Positions 33,145-48,567 are shown, numbered from the stretch's first letter. The stretch is 63,748 bases of DNA from Gekko japonicus (GCF_001447785.1 NW_015169788.1:1-63748), one strand, 5' to 3'. Notes: generated by a model from the sequence alone, not told the origin. Numbers and translations are program-made.

Positions 33145-34555
33145 GAAGAAGAGAAGAAGAGATTGGATTCATACCCCATGGCCCTTCACCACCCGAAGGA
33201 GTCTCCGAGTGGCTGACAAACGCCTCCCCCTTCCCCTCCCCACAACAGACAGACACCCTGTGAGGTAGGTGGGGCTGAGAGAGCTCTTTCCAGAGCTGCC
33301 CTTGAGAGAACAGCTCTTATCAGAACCACGGCTTGCCCACGGTCACATCAGCAGGTGCGAGTGGAGGAGTGGGGAATCAAACCCAGTTCACGCAGATTAT
33401 AGAGTCCGCGCACTTAACCACCACACCAAACTGGCTCTCAAGAAGAAGAAGAGGAGGAGGAGGAGGATGGATTCATACCCCATGGCCCTTCACTACCCGA
33501 AGGAGTCTCAGAGCGGCTGACAAACTCCTTCCCCTTCCCCTCCCCTCCCCTCCCCACAACAGACACCCTCCGGTGAGGGAGGCGGGGCTGAGAGAGCTCT
33601 GACAGGAACTGCTCTTTTTCCAAGGACAGCTCTTATCAGGACTACAGCTTGCCCAAGGTCACCCAGCCAGGTGCAAGTGGAGGAGGGGGGGATCCAACCC
33701 GGTTCTCCCAGATTAGAGTCCAAACACTGAACCACGACACCAAACTGGCTCTGAAGTGTGCCTGTCCTGACCCTGTGCCTCTTGTGGGGCAGCCAGCGAC
33801 TTCTTCCAGACCGAAGGGGCCCTTCCTGTCCTGGTGGGCCCTGGGCCCACGCTCCTTGGGGGTCTCACGCGTGCTGTGACGGGTGGGCTCTTCAGTCTCG
33901 TTCCTCCAAAGAGCTGAGGGCTCTTTCGCCTCCCCTCCGCCATTTCATCTTCCTGTGCGTCAGGCCGGGCCAGGCGTGAGCCAAGGTCCTCTGGTCTGCT
34001 TCCAGGTGGTTGCTCGGAGAGCTTGGCCTTGCGGGTTCGTGAGAGGTGGAAGGGAGAAGACCTCAGGACAAAATGGTGGGGGCTGCCTCTGCCTCCCTTT
34101 GGGTGTCGCGGTGAAGTGCGCGGACTCTAATCTGGGAGAGCCGGGTTTGATTCCCCCACTCCTCCACTCACACCTGGCTGGGTGACCTTGGGCAAGCCCT
34201 TAGTTCTGACAAGAGCTGTCCTTGAAAAAAGACCAGTTTCTGTCAGAGCTCTCTCAGCCCCACCTCCCTCCCAGGCTGCCCCTCCCAGTTTGGTGTCGTG
34301 GTCAAGTGCGCAGACTCTAATCTAGGAGGACTGAGTTTGATTCCCCATTCCTCCACTTGCGCCTGGCTGGATGACCTTGGGCAAGCCATAGTTCTGTCAG
34401 AGCTGTTCTTGAAAAGAGCATTTTCTCACAGAGCTCTCTCAGCCCCGCCTACCGGGTGTCTGTTGTGGGGAGGGGAAAGGAGTTTGTCAGCCGCTCTGAG
34501 ACACCTTTGGGTAGTGAAGGGCGGGGGATAAATCCAATCTCCTCTTCTTCCTCTC
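33145..34555. mobile_element. Cluster of Squam3-like tRNA-derived SINEs (two minus-strand copies 33145-33750, two plus-strand copies 34100-34555)
   Basis: tRNA-like head (tggtgtcgtggtcaagtgcgcagactctaatct...gtttgattcccc), shared body, (TCT/TCC)n tails. Confidence 0.8.
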
Positions 34556-35152
34556 AACCGCCCCCCCCCCAGCTCCCTGGACTCTCCTCCCTGCATTCCT
34601 TGGTATCTCCCTTATTGCAGGCAGGCGACTTCTGGTCGCTAAAGGTTTGGAGGCAAAACATCTGAGCCACCATCTCCTCCTCCTCATGCTGAGGCCGTGT
34701 CAGACTCCCCGTCAAGTTACTCTCAACAACACTCTGTTTGGCAGTGATGCGTTTATTGAGATATGTGCATGATCCAGAACAGCGCTTGTGTTAGAACTGA
34801 AGTTTTTTGGCGGGCATAATGCTTAATATAGGTTGTTCAAACAGATCCCTGTTCCCTTCCCCCATGTACACGTCACAAGTACCCGCCTAGTGTTGCCATC
34901 TCAACCAAAAGGAAAATACATGGTTTGGTTATCTACTGCTCAAGCTCGTACCAGGAGCTTCAAGGACACCTTTCCCTGGGAATTGCGGGAAAAATCATGG
35001 CGCCTAAAAGCAAAGGTTCTCACTCTCTCCCCTCCCCGTAGCAAGCGAAGCAAAGCGAGGTTTGACGGGTGGCTCTCATGGCCTGGCTTGGGCCGGGTGC
35101 TCTCCCACCAGGCCTGCCCCTTGCTCCTCCGCCTCTGTCTCCTCCCACGCAG

Positions 35153-38100
35153 GCCCTGGAGCAGGAGCGGTGGCAGAACTTCCAGCAGCTGTGCCAGCTG
35201 GACGAAGAGGCCCTGGTCCCCACCCAGGAGGCAACGGAGTGCCGCATCTGCTACCTCGACGTGGAGCCGGGCGAGGGGGTGCTGCTGCGGGAATGCCTGC
35301 ACAGCTTCTGCAGGTGAGGTGCACCTGTGCCGCTGCCGCTGCCTGGGGAGGGGTGGGGCAGGGGGAGAGGAGGATGGGCGGCCGGAAGCCTGACGCGAGC
35401 GCATCCCCTTCCCCGGCCAGGGACTGTCTGCGGCAGCTGATCAACTGCAGCGAGGAGCCCCAGGTGGCCTGCCCCTTCCGGGACGACAGCTACGCCTGCA
35501 GCAGCCATCTCCAGGATCGAGAGATCCGGGCGGTGAGTGGCCCTCCCTGCAGCCTGGGCTACTGTGCCCTGAGAGAGAGAGCTGGGCCCTGTAGGGTGGC
35601 CGGCAAGCCGCTGGAGATACTACGGAGCGGTCTCCCTTCCTGGCCCAACTCAGGATGGCCTGGAGGACTGCTGGGTTCTGTGTTGTCCCTCGCCTGTCGG
35701 GATAGAGAAGTTGCTCATCGTAAAAAAAGCCCCGGCCCCTGGGTCCAAGCCTGCTGGGTCTTTGGACTTGGGAGTCCTGTCCCCCAGCCCCTGGCTACCT
35801 CTACCCCCCCCCGGGACACTGAAGCAGCGCCTCTGTCTCCGCAGCTGGTGTCGCGGGAGGAGTACGAGCGTTTCCTGGAGAGGAGGCTGGCGGTGGCAGA
35901 GAGCCGCGCCCAGAACAGCTACCACTGCCAGACGGCCGACTGCCTGGGCTGGTGCATCTACGAGGACGACGTCAACGACTTCCGCTGCCCCATCTGCTGT
36001 GCGCTCAACTGCCTGGTCTGCAAGGTGAGCGGAGGGCGGCCACGGCCGGTGGAAGGCAAAGACCTTCCTGGCTCATGTCCCCTTCCCAGCTTTCAGCAGA
36101 CCCATGTGAAGGGGACACCGGAAGAGCTGGGGCTGCCTCAGGCCTGCCTCATCCAGCCTCCTGTTTCCCACGACAGCTGAAAGAGCTGCCACGGAGGGCC
36201 CGGCCTGCCCCTGATGTTTCTTCCTAGCACTGCCTGGGTGACGGAGGTTTACTGCCCTTGGATGGGGAGGTTCCCTTGGCAATGGAGGGACTCTGCCTGG
36301 CTCCCTTTCAAAGTCATCCGTGCTTCTGGCCGGGAGGACATCCACTGGCAGAGAATCTCACCACTGAATTGCTGTTGCGTACAGAAATGATTCTTTTGGT
36401 CTGCCCTGAACCGGCTGGGTGCCCCCACCTTCTGGAACCATGTGAGCAGGAGACAGAGCTCTCTCTGCGTCAACTCCTTCCATTCTACAAACTCCCCTCA
36501 CGTCCCTTTTCCCCACGGGAAAGCTGCTGCAACCCCTTAAGGGCGTTGGTGGCCCCCTTCGGCCTTTCTGCAATACCCATTCTGAGTCCCCTGTGTCCGC
36601 CTGTTTGGGAATGGTCCAGGAGCCTGTTTCTTGGGGACCTGGTCTCACAGCAGCTGCAGGGCTGCCTGCTGACCTCCTAGACAGCCAGTGGGGTTCTGGG
36701 CCCCAGTCTCCCCCGAAACCATATCAGCAGGGGTCATTTCCTGCAGGAGCGGAGCTCCGGCAGTAAAGAGCCCAGGGGGCGGGCACATGCAACAAGCCCC
36801 GCCCCCTGCTCCCAGCAGCCCTCAGTCAGAGAAGAAGCAGAGCCCCCCCCCCGGCCCGCCTTCAGGTACGAGCTCTCCCTCCTCTGCCAGGACAGATCTG
36901 CACACTTCCCTCCACCCCAATAGCTAGCAATCCAAAACAGTCCAGTGGAGCCTGAGCAGTGGGTGTTGCCTTCTGACACACTTCCGGTGATGTCAGGGGG
37001 TGTGGCATATGTAAATAAGTTATGCTAATGAGTTATGCTAATGAGTTCCTGCACCTCTTTTTCTATGAAATGACCCCTGCATATCAGCATCCCGTAGGGG
37101 TTGCTCTTAGAGTTGCCAGCCTCCAGGTGGGGCCTGGGGATCTCCCGCTTTTACCACTGATCCCCAGCTGAAAGAGATCAGCTCCCCTGGAGAAAATGGC
37201 TGCTTTGAAGGGTGGACTCCATGGCATTGTACTATGCTGAGGCCCCTCCCCTCCCCAAACCACACCCTCTCCTGGCTCCACCCCCAAAGTCTTCAGGTAT
37301 TTTCCAACCCAGACTTGGCAACCCTAGTTGTTCTTAGCCAGGAGAAGAGAGAAGAGACAACCAGGCAGTGATCCAGCTGAAGTCGTTAAGGCAGCTGCAT
37401 CCTTGGCAGAGTCAACCAGAGGTGACCGCGGCCTTTTCCAAAGGCAGCGGAGATGCTGGCTCCACACCTGAAGAGGGCGTGCCCTCTCCCTCGCACTCCC
37501 CTTCCCCACTTAGGGAATAGGCTGAAGGGACACAAGCCCACGCGGCCTCCTCATTCCATTTGACCTCCTTTTGTTCTTCCCGGGTTCTTGGACCCCGAGT
37601 CCAAACCGCAGAAATGGCTCGGTGGGATGGGGGCGCCCACGGGAAGGGAGCCCAAAGAAAGTGAGCCCCTTTTCTCAACCGCAGGCCATTCACGAGGGGA
37701 TGAACTGCAAGCAGTACCAGGACAAACTGCAGTTCCAGGCCCAGAATGATGCCGCGGCCCGGGAGACCAGCAACATGCTCAAGGTGAGTGGCAGCTGAGG
37801 GCCCTCTGGCTGGCATGGGGCTGGCCAGCGGCTCCTTCACCCTCCTTTGCAAAAAGTGGCTTATCTCGTGTGGAATGCAGTCGCATCAGGCTACACGGCC
37901 CGTAGAGAAAGCAGGCCTTCCGTAGACCTCAGAGGCCAGGAAGAGATGTGAGAAGAGCCCTGCTGGATCAGGCCAGCAGTCCCATCTAGTTCAGCAACCT
38001 CATTCATCCAGTGGCCAGCCAGTTAATCAGGAGGACCAACCACAGGGCATAGAGTCCGAGGCCTTCCGCTGAGGTTGTCTCCTGGCTCTGGGATTTGGAA

Positions 38101-41100
38101 GTCGACTGCCTCTGAATGTGATTCCCCTCAGTCACCATGGCTGATGGCTGCTGACAGACCACTCCTCCATGACTAACCTCCTTTTAAAGCTATCTGTGCC
38201 TCTGGCCATCACTACGTCCTCTGGCAAGGCATTCCACATTTTAATCACTCTCTGTGTAAATTAGTATTTCCTTTTGTTCATCCTGAACCTACTGCCCAGT
38301 GGATGCTCTTGAGTCCTAGAAAAGTCCCATCTGTTCACTCTCCACCCCATGCGTAATTTTATAAACCTCTGTCATGTCTCCCCCTTTAGTCGTCTCTCTT
38401 CTCAACTGAAAAGTCCCAGACTCTTCTTCAGCCTGTTCCTCCTAGGGAAGGGGCTCCAACCCCCTCCTCATCTTGGTTGCCCTCCTCTGTCCTTGTTCCA
38501 GCTCTGCCATGTCCCCTTGGAGATACGGAGACCAGAACTGTGCACACAGTATTCCTCAAATGAGGCCGCACCCTAGGTGTAGGCATTGTCATTTTGGCTG
38601 TTTTATTCTCAATCCCTTTCCTAATAATCCCCAACACAGAGTTCGTCCCTTTCGCTGCTGCTGCATGCTGGATTGACATTTTTTGGGGGGGGGGGGGGAA
38701 GGGGGTTTTTTTAAAAAAATTTTTTTTTTAAAAAAAAAAAAAAAAAAANNNNNNNNNNNNNNNNNNNNNNNNNNNNNNNNNNNNNNNNNNNNNNNNNNNN
38801 NNNNNNNNNNNNNNNNNNNNNNNNNNNNNNNNNNNNNNNNNNNNNNNNNNNNNNNNNNNNNNNNNNNNNNNNNNNNNNNNNNNNNNNNNNNNNNNNNNNN
38901 NNNNNNNNNNNNNNNNNNNNNNNNNNNNNNNNNNNNNNNNNNNNNNNNNNNNNNNNNNNNNNNNNNNNNNNNNNNNNNNNNNNNNNNNNNNNNNNNNNNN
39001 NNNNNNNNNNNNNNNNNNNNNNNNNNNNNNNNNNNNNNNNNNNNNNNNNNNNNNNNNNNNNNNNNNNNNNNNNNNNNNNNNNNNNNNNNNNNNNNNNNNN
39101 NNNNNNNNNNNNNNNNNNTCTTTCCCTCTCAGTCTCAAGAAGGTTCAGACTCCATTCGCCTGGACTTGGGAGTCAGGATTTCTGGTTCCAGTGCGCATCG
39201 CTTTACACATACCTACACTAAACATTTTCCATATTGTTGCCCACTCGCCCGATTTGTGGAGACCCTCCCTCCTGGACCTCTTCACAGTCAGCCTTGGTTT
39301 TAACTGTCCTAAATAACTTTGTGGGACAAAAAGGGGAGGGGAGAAACCGAACCTAGAAACCTGGGATCCAGAACCTGAAAAGGTTAGTCAAATAGAAAAG
39401 AGGGCCAACAATAAAAGCTTAATATATATAGTATATAAAAAGATGCGTGTATTTATTAACAAAGAATTTTAAAAATATATAAGGGCCCAATGTAAAAATA
39501 CCAGAATCTAACACACGAGGGCCAATGGACTTGACCTGACGTGTTTTGGCCTGCGTAGGCCTTCTTCAGGGGGTCTGCCCTAATTCCAGGTGCTTTGTGA
39601 CCCCAATGCTCTCTTCCCTCCTCCCTGAGAACTGCCCATTTATTTCTCCCTGTTTGCTTCCTGTCATTTAACCAGTTCTTAATCCATAGGAGAACCTGCC
39701 CTCTTATCCAAGGGCTGTTGAGCTTGGTGAGGCACCCTTCACTCAGCGTCTCAGAGCGGCTGACAAACTCCTTTCCCTTCCCCTCCCCACAACAGACACC
39801 CTTTGAGGTCGGTGGGGCTGAGACAGCTCTTGACAGAAACGGCTCTTTTTCAAGGACAGCTCTTGTCAGAACTACGGCTTGCCCAAGGTCATCCAGCAGG
39901 TGCAAGTGGAGGAGTGGGGAATCAAACCTGGTTCTCCCAGATTAGAGTCCGTGCACTTAACCACGACACCAAACTGGCTCCCTACTGTAGAAACTTTGTC
40001 CCCCCTGCCCCTCAATGCCTAACAATTCTGCCTTTGATTACAGCTTCTTCTTGGTGCCCGCCTGGTCTGTTTTTTGTGGCTGGGCTCCGTTTCCTGCCAG
40101 GCCGCCTGTAACTGCTTCTCCCCCCCCCTTCCCCCTTCCAGATGCTGGTGCAACTGGGGGAGGCCATGCACTGCCCCGTCTGCCGCATCGTGGTCCAGAA
40201 GAAGGGCGGCTGCGACTGGCTCCGCTGCCCCGTCTGCCAGACCGAGATCTGCTGGGTGACCAAAGGGCCCCGCTGGGGGCCAGGGGTGAGCATGCCGGGC
40301 GGGGGAGACCAGTTGGAGCAGAGGGCCAATCAGTGGGTGGCCAGAGGCCTCCCCACCCCCCCACCCCACTAGCCAAATTCTGCACCAGGAACAGGCTGGC
40401 ACCAGTGTTCCCTCTAAACTGAGTCAGTGTTAACTAGTTCACAGTGTTTTAGCCTCCGGCTCACGCATTTTTCTCTTAGCTCAGAGCAAGCTATTTGATG
40501 CAGCAGCCAAGTCGCTCACTGACAACTTTAATGCCAGTTGCTCCCAGAGTAGGATTTTTGCTCACAAGACACCACAGCTTAGAGGGAACATTGGCTGGCA
40601 CTGCAAGCCGCCCTGCCTCCCTGGCACAGGGCCTGCCCCTTTGCCAGCCTTGTCCGATGGTTCTGCGGCGAGTGGGTGCCGCGTTGCCCCCTCCTTGCTT
40701 GCCCCTTTATTTTTTTTCCTGTCTCATTTCTTGCCCGGAACGGCTGATTTCCTCCTCCTCTACATCTGAAGCTGCCTTATGAGACCCCCCCCCCCCCCGG
40801 GTTGGGGGGGGCCGGGGGGAGTGAGGCTCCCCGGGGTGTCGGGCGGAGGCTTGTCTGAGCGCCTGCCGCCTGCTCCTTTAAATAGCGGGGGGCTGAGCCC
40901 AGCCAGGCCTTCTGCACGCACAGTGGCAGCCGAGGGCCTGAGCCATGATCCCCGGAGGGGCTTGGGGGATTCACTGCCACAGCAGGGCACCAAGGAAACG
41001 TTTGTAGACATCGGAATCTCTTACTCCTTCCCGGGTCCTGTAGGTGTCGCCTGTACAGAGTGCTGGTTCGGCGTTTTTCTAAAAGCCTTGTTTATAGCCC

Positions 41101-42672
41101 AGCCCTGTGACTGGAAAGTTATACTTGGAAGGGCAGGGCCAGTGCCTGGTGAGGCTCGGGAGGGAGGGAGGGGGCGGGGCTCTGCATTGCAAAAGAAAAG
41201 TTGCACTTGAGAGGGTCGCAAGTGCAGTTTGTCTTGGCGTCAAATTCTGGCATGCCTCTCCAGCCAGGGGCATTGAGGCGAGAGAGGGAGCCATGCAGGA
41301 GGTGGCAGCAAACACTTCCTGAGGAAAGGGCTTCCCACCTGCCCAGCCTCGCCTCCTCGGCGCTGACCCATAGAGAGACCTGAAACTGGGGGCTGCTTTG
41401 TTAATTGCTGGCTGAACGTTTCATTTTCATCTCTTATTAGGATGCTTCATTTGGGTCTGTTAGCTGCCTTGGGTAGTTTCGAAGAGAACGGTGGGAAATA
41501 CCATGTGAGACCAAACCATATCATAGCACAGGATGTAAGCTGTCAAGCTCTCCAAAATGTTCCTGCAGGCTGGATGTTATTGGGGGGAGGGTGTCCCCCT
41601 TTCAGATGGAGAACCTGAGAATTGACAGCTTCCTTCTCTGCGCAAGCCGGGTTCTTTTCAAGGCTGGGGAAGGACGTGTAAGGTTAACAGTCCTGACATG
41701 TAGAAAAGAGTCCAGTAGCACCTTAAAGACTTAACAAAATTTGTGGCAGAGTATGAGCTTCTGTGAGTCCCTGCTCACTTTTTCCAGTATCACTTTTCCT
41801 AATATCTCAGAGTGATTTCATATGCCGAATGACAATAGCAGGCATAATTGGATACTAGATGTGATAATGTAGAGAGGCAAGTAGGGGTGGAGAAATGAGC
41901 ATTGGTAATGAGACGGGAAACCTAGGTCTCAGTTCAGTCCAGGAGGATTCACTGCCTTGCGCTTCATTATCAGTTGCAATTCCTTTGTAAGAGAACTGCT
42001 ACTTGTAGGTCAGCAGCTGAATGTCCTGGAAGGTTAAAATGTTCCCCCCACTGGTTTTTGAACATTGTGGTTTCTAAAGTCAGACTTCTGTCCATTTATT
42101 CTTTGTCATATAGACTGGCCTGTCTGTCCAGTGTAGAGGGTGGAAGGGCATTGCTGATACGTGATGGCATAAATCACATCAGAGGATGAGCAGGAGTCGG
42201 AACCTGAGATGGTCTGGCTGGTGTTGCAGGCCTTGGTACCAGAGTCCATGTTACTGTTGCTTAACCTTGCGGGTGAAAAGTTGTTGAGTTCTGAGCTGTA
42301 TGTGACCACCAGTGGTGTCCTGTTGTCATTTTCTTTGGGCTTCTTGTTCTCACCATATCAGGAGGACACTGTAGTTGCAAGAATGCCTGTTGTAGATCCT
42401 TCAAGTGAGTATCTCTGACTGAGGGGTTAGACCTGATGTGACTGTGTCGGGCTTGGCTACAGACATTGGATTGTTTGGTGTGGTTGGGATGGTTGCTGGA
42501 GGCTGACCTGTCACCTTCTGGTGTAGTGTGGTGCTTGTGTGTCCTGGCATGCTTTGACCCACCCCGATGCGTTCATTCTCCTTCCCTGCAGGGTCCTGGG
42601 GACACCAGCGGAGGCTGCCGGTGCAACGCAGATGGGCAGAGGTGCCACCCCAATTGTCAGAACTGCCACTGA
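35153..42672 (+). CDS. SHARPIN: HOIL-1L/RBCK1-like RBR (RING1-IBR-RING2) E3 ubiquitin ligase at the SHARPIN locus; last 6 coding exons only
   Basis: Exons 35153-35313, 35421-35532, 35845-36024, 37685-37783, 40142-40285, 42592-42672 (161/112/180/99/144/81 nt), GT-AG, in frame: [83 protein letters not shown]. The sequence is RBCK1-like; the symbol is inferred only from tail-to-tail synteny with CYC1-GPAA1. AATAAA at 43070. Confidence 0.8.
36728..37079. mobile_element. Non-autonomous hAT DNA transposon (related copy ~56987-57346)
   Basis: TIRs caggggtcatttc / gaaatgacccctg; 8-bp TSD catatcag. Confidence 0.85.
37945..38680 (-). mobile_element. CR1 LINE 3' fragment
   Basis: Peptide [27 protein letters not shown]; 3' UTR shared with copies at ~11320, ~30235, ~52472 and ~59270. 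Confidence 0.75.
38749..39118. other. Assembly gap (N run) with low-quality homopolymer left flank
   Basis: 370 Ns; 38680-38748 consists of pure homopolymer runs. Confidence 0.99.
40403..40593. mobile_element. ~200-bp hAT MITE (copies also at 49311-49493, 52944-53151, 55645-55852, 60889-61094, 63504-63709)
   Basis: TIR cagtgttccctctaa ... ttagagggaaca(c/t)tg; 8-bp TSDs gctggcac, cctgggag, cccaccag, ctc(g/a)gcac, gccatgag. Confidence 0.9.
41700..42480 (-). mobile_element. Decayed Penelope-like retroelement (GIY-YIG region plus terminal repeat)
   Basis: Minus-strand peptide [27 protein letters not shown] (GIY-YIG), GLN.DLGF.SHYQC-like end, Penelope terminal sequence agagtccagtagcaccttaaagact. 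Confidence 0.8.
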
Positions 42673-43431
42673 GCACCTGCTGCCAGGAGAGAAAGACACA
42701 GCCCCCCCCCCGCCCGAACTACTGTGGGTGGGGCTTCGCTGGAGACTGAGGATCCTCCCTCCCTCCCAGGTCTTCCCACACTGGACTTTTTAACCCTGTA
42801 GTGGCTGACGAATGCATCCTCCATCCAGAGCTGGGGTGGAGGCTGATCTTCCCCCAAAGGGTGGCACCCCCACAAACAAGCGTCAGGGGCGGGTCAGTTC
42901 TCCCGGGCGCCCTTCCTCCCCCTTCCCTTTCTGCACCACCCTGATCTCATGCCAAGGGCACGGACGCCCCCAGCCCCTGGACAGAGAGAACAGGGGCCCA
43001 GGCAGGAGAGCGGGGCCGCGGAAGGGCTCGAGATGTACATTGCTGCACAGACGGGCGGAAGACCCATTCAATAAAGGTGTAAACACTGTGAATCTGCTGG
43101 AGCTGTTTTCGGGGACTGGGGGCAGGGTGCCGAGGGTCACCGTCCTCTCTCCCAGGCGCACCACCCTGCCTGCTCGCGGCTGGATTTCAAGACAGAGGCC
43201 GGTCTGGTTGAAGACATGTGTTTATTGGGCACCTGCCACCCCTGGGTTCCCAGGGTCCCTTCCCAAGGCTTCACGGGTGACTGCACGGATGGAGAGACGT
43301 TAAATAACAGAAACCGCACTGGAGAGGAGCGCCCGTCCGCCTGCCAGCCCGTACGTACATTCCCAGGGCGGCAGAGGCGGTGCCCCTCAGGCAGTAGAGG
43401 TCGGTCGGTCGGTCCAGGCCCCCTGGACAGG

Positions 43432-46773
<3,342 letters not shown>

Positions 46774-47359
46774 CTGGAAGAAAAAGAGGACAGGATGTGA
46801 TGCAAGGACCAGCAGGGAGGGGGACCCAAATACTGCCTGGTTCCCGGGGGAGGCCTTTGCCCAGGGTGGCTGAACCGACAGGAGCTCCCCCCCCACCCCA
46901 CCAGGCCTCCAACTCGCCCACCATCAGAACCGGAAGTGAAGGAGCTGCTTGGTGCGGAGAGTGGCCCGACCACTTCCCCAGCAGCCCAAAGCGGAGCCAA
47001 GCCACAGAGGCCTCCCCTCCCTCACCCCTGCAGGACATGCCTCGCCTGGCCAGACTGACCGGGGGGGGGGGTGTCCAGAGGCAAGGGAGCCCCCCCGCCC
47101 CCCTCAGCTGTCTTCTCCCAGCACCTCAAACTCCCCATGGGGCTGCGGTGTCTTCCCAGCCCCACCGGGAAGCCCCCCCTCCCCTTGTCAAGTGTCCTCT
47201 GGGAGGAGCTCCCACGGGGATGCTGCACTCTGCCCCCACAGATCTTGCCCTCTGCAGCCCGGCCACCACCTGGCTCCACGGCCACGCCACTGGCATGTGT
47301 CAAACAAGGCCATGCCGGGTTGGGGGGGGGAGAGGGGCAAGGGCACTCCCCCCAGCCAC

Positions 47360-48095
47360 CTGCCCTTCACCACCCAAGGGAGTCTCAGAGCAACTCCTTT
47401 CCCTCCCCCTCCCCACAACAGACATCCTCCTGTGAGGTAGGTGGGGCCGAGAGAGCTCTTGACAGAAACAGCTCTTTTCCAAGGACAGCCCTTGTCAGAA
47501 CTATGGCTGGCCCAAGGTCATCCAGCCAGGTGCAAGTGGAAGAGTGGGGAATCAAACCCGGCTCTCCCAGATTAGAAGAAGAAGAAGAGGAAGAGATGAA
47601 TTTGGCTGACAAACTTCTTTCCCTTCCCCTCCCCACAACAGACACCCTGGGAGGCAGGTGGGGCTGAGAGAACTCTTGACAGAAACGGCTCTTTTTCAAG
47701 AACGGCTCTGGCAGAACTATGGCTTGCCCAAGGTCATCCAGCCAGGTGCCAGTGGAGGAACGGGGGAATCAAACCCGGTTCTCCCACTACACTAGACTGG
47801 CTCCATTGGTGGAAGAAGAAGAGGAGGAGGAGACTGGATTTATCCCCCATGGCCCTTTACTACCCGAAGGGAGTCTCAGAGCGGCTGACAAACTCCTTTT
47901 CCCTCCCCCTCCCCACAACAGGCACCCTCCTGTGAGGGAGGCGGGGCTGAGAGAGCTCTTGACAGCAACGGCTCTTCTCAGAACTGTGGCTTGCCCAAGG
48001 TCATCCAGCAGCTGCAAGTGGAGGAGTGAGGACTCAGACCCGGTTCCTCCCAGATCAGGGTCCTCTGCGCCCTTAAGCCCTGCACCGAACTGGCA
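47360..48095 (-). mobile_element. Three tandem Squam3-like SINEs in CYC1 intron 1
   Basis: Repeated ccacaacagaca..gagagctcttgacagaaac..caaggtcatccagc..gtggaggagtggggaatcaaacccgg units. Confidence 0.8.
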
Positions 48096-48361
48096 ACTCC
48101 CCCCCCCCGCATATGCCCCGGAGTGGGGAGCGTGGGCGGCCGGGGGCGTGTGTGTGATTGTGTGTGTCCCCAGGGCCAGCCGGCGCTAAAAACGCCTGCC
48201 CGCTTCCGCCACGCCGGCGCGGTGCCGCAGGGCGACCCGGCTGAGGCGCTCACCCCGGTCCAAGGGCGCTCCGCGGCGGAGGGCGAGGGGATCCCTCCCG
48301 GGCGCCCCCCCCCCGCCTTCCCCCCCCCCCCCCCGGGCCCCCCCCGCCCAGCAGCCCCCCC

Positions 48362-48567
48362 NNNNNNNNNNNNNNNNNNNNNNNNNNNNNNNNNNNNNNN
48401 NNNNNNNNNNNNNNNNNNNNNNNNNNNNNNNNNNNNNNNNNNNNNNNNNNNNNNNNNNNNNNNNNNNNNNNNNNNNNNNNNNNNNNNNNNNNNNNNNNNN
48501 NNNNNNNNNNNNNNNNNNNNNNNNNNNNNNNNNNNNNNNNNNNNNNNNNNNNNNNNNNNNNNNNNNN
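48362..48567. other. Assembly gap in the CYC1 CpG island
   Basis: 206 Ns flanked by extremely GC-rich sequence. Confidence 0.99.

Noticed and set aside
33145-33750. Regularly repeated units or tRNA-like heads suggesting a CRISPR-like array or tRNA genes
   Set aside because: The units are ~290-bp SINE copies in vertebrate DNA; no repeat-spacer structure, cas genes or complete cloverleaf.
35062-36180. 372-aa ORF as a single-exon gene
   Set aside because: Read-through of GC-rich introns linking two real RBR exons; splice sites explain the coding parts.
38683-39303. ORFs spanning N runs (also 48123-48998)
   Set aside because: Artifacts of assembly gaps and homopolymer noise.
40870-40890. TATA/MEF2-like tttaaatag in the last RBR intron
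   Set aside because: Imperfect short motif with no supporting evidence.
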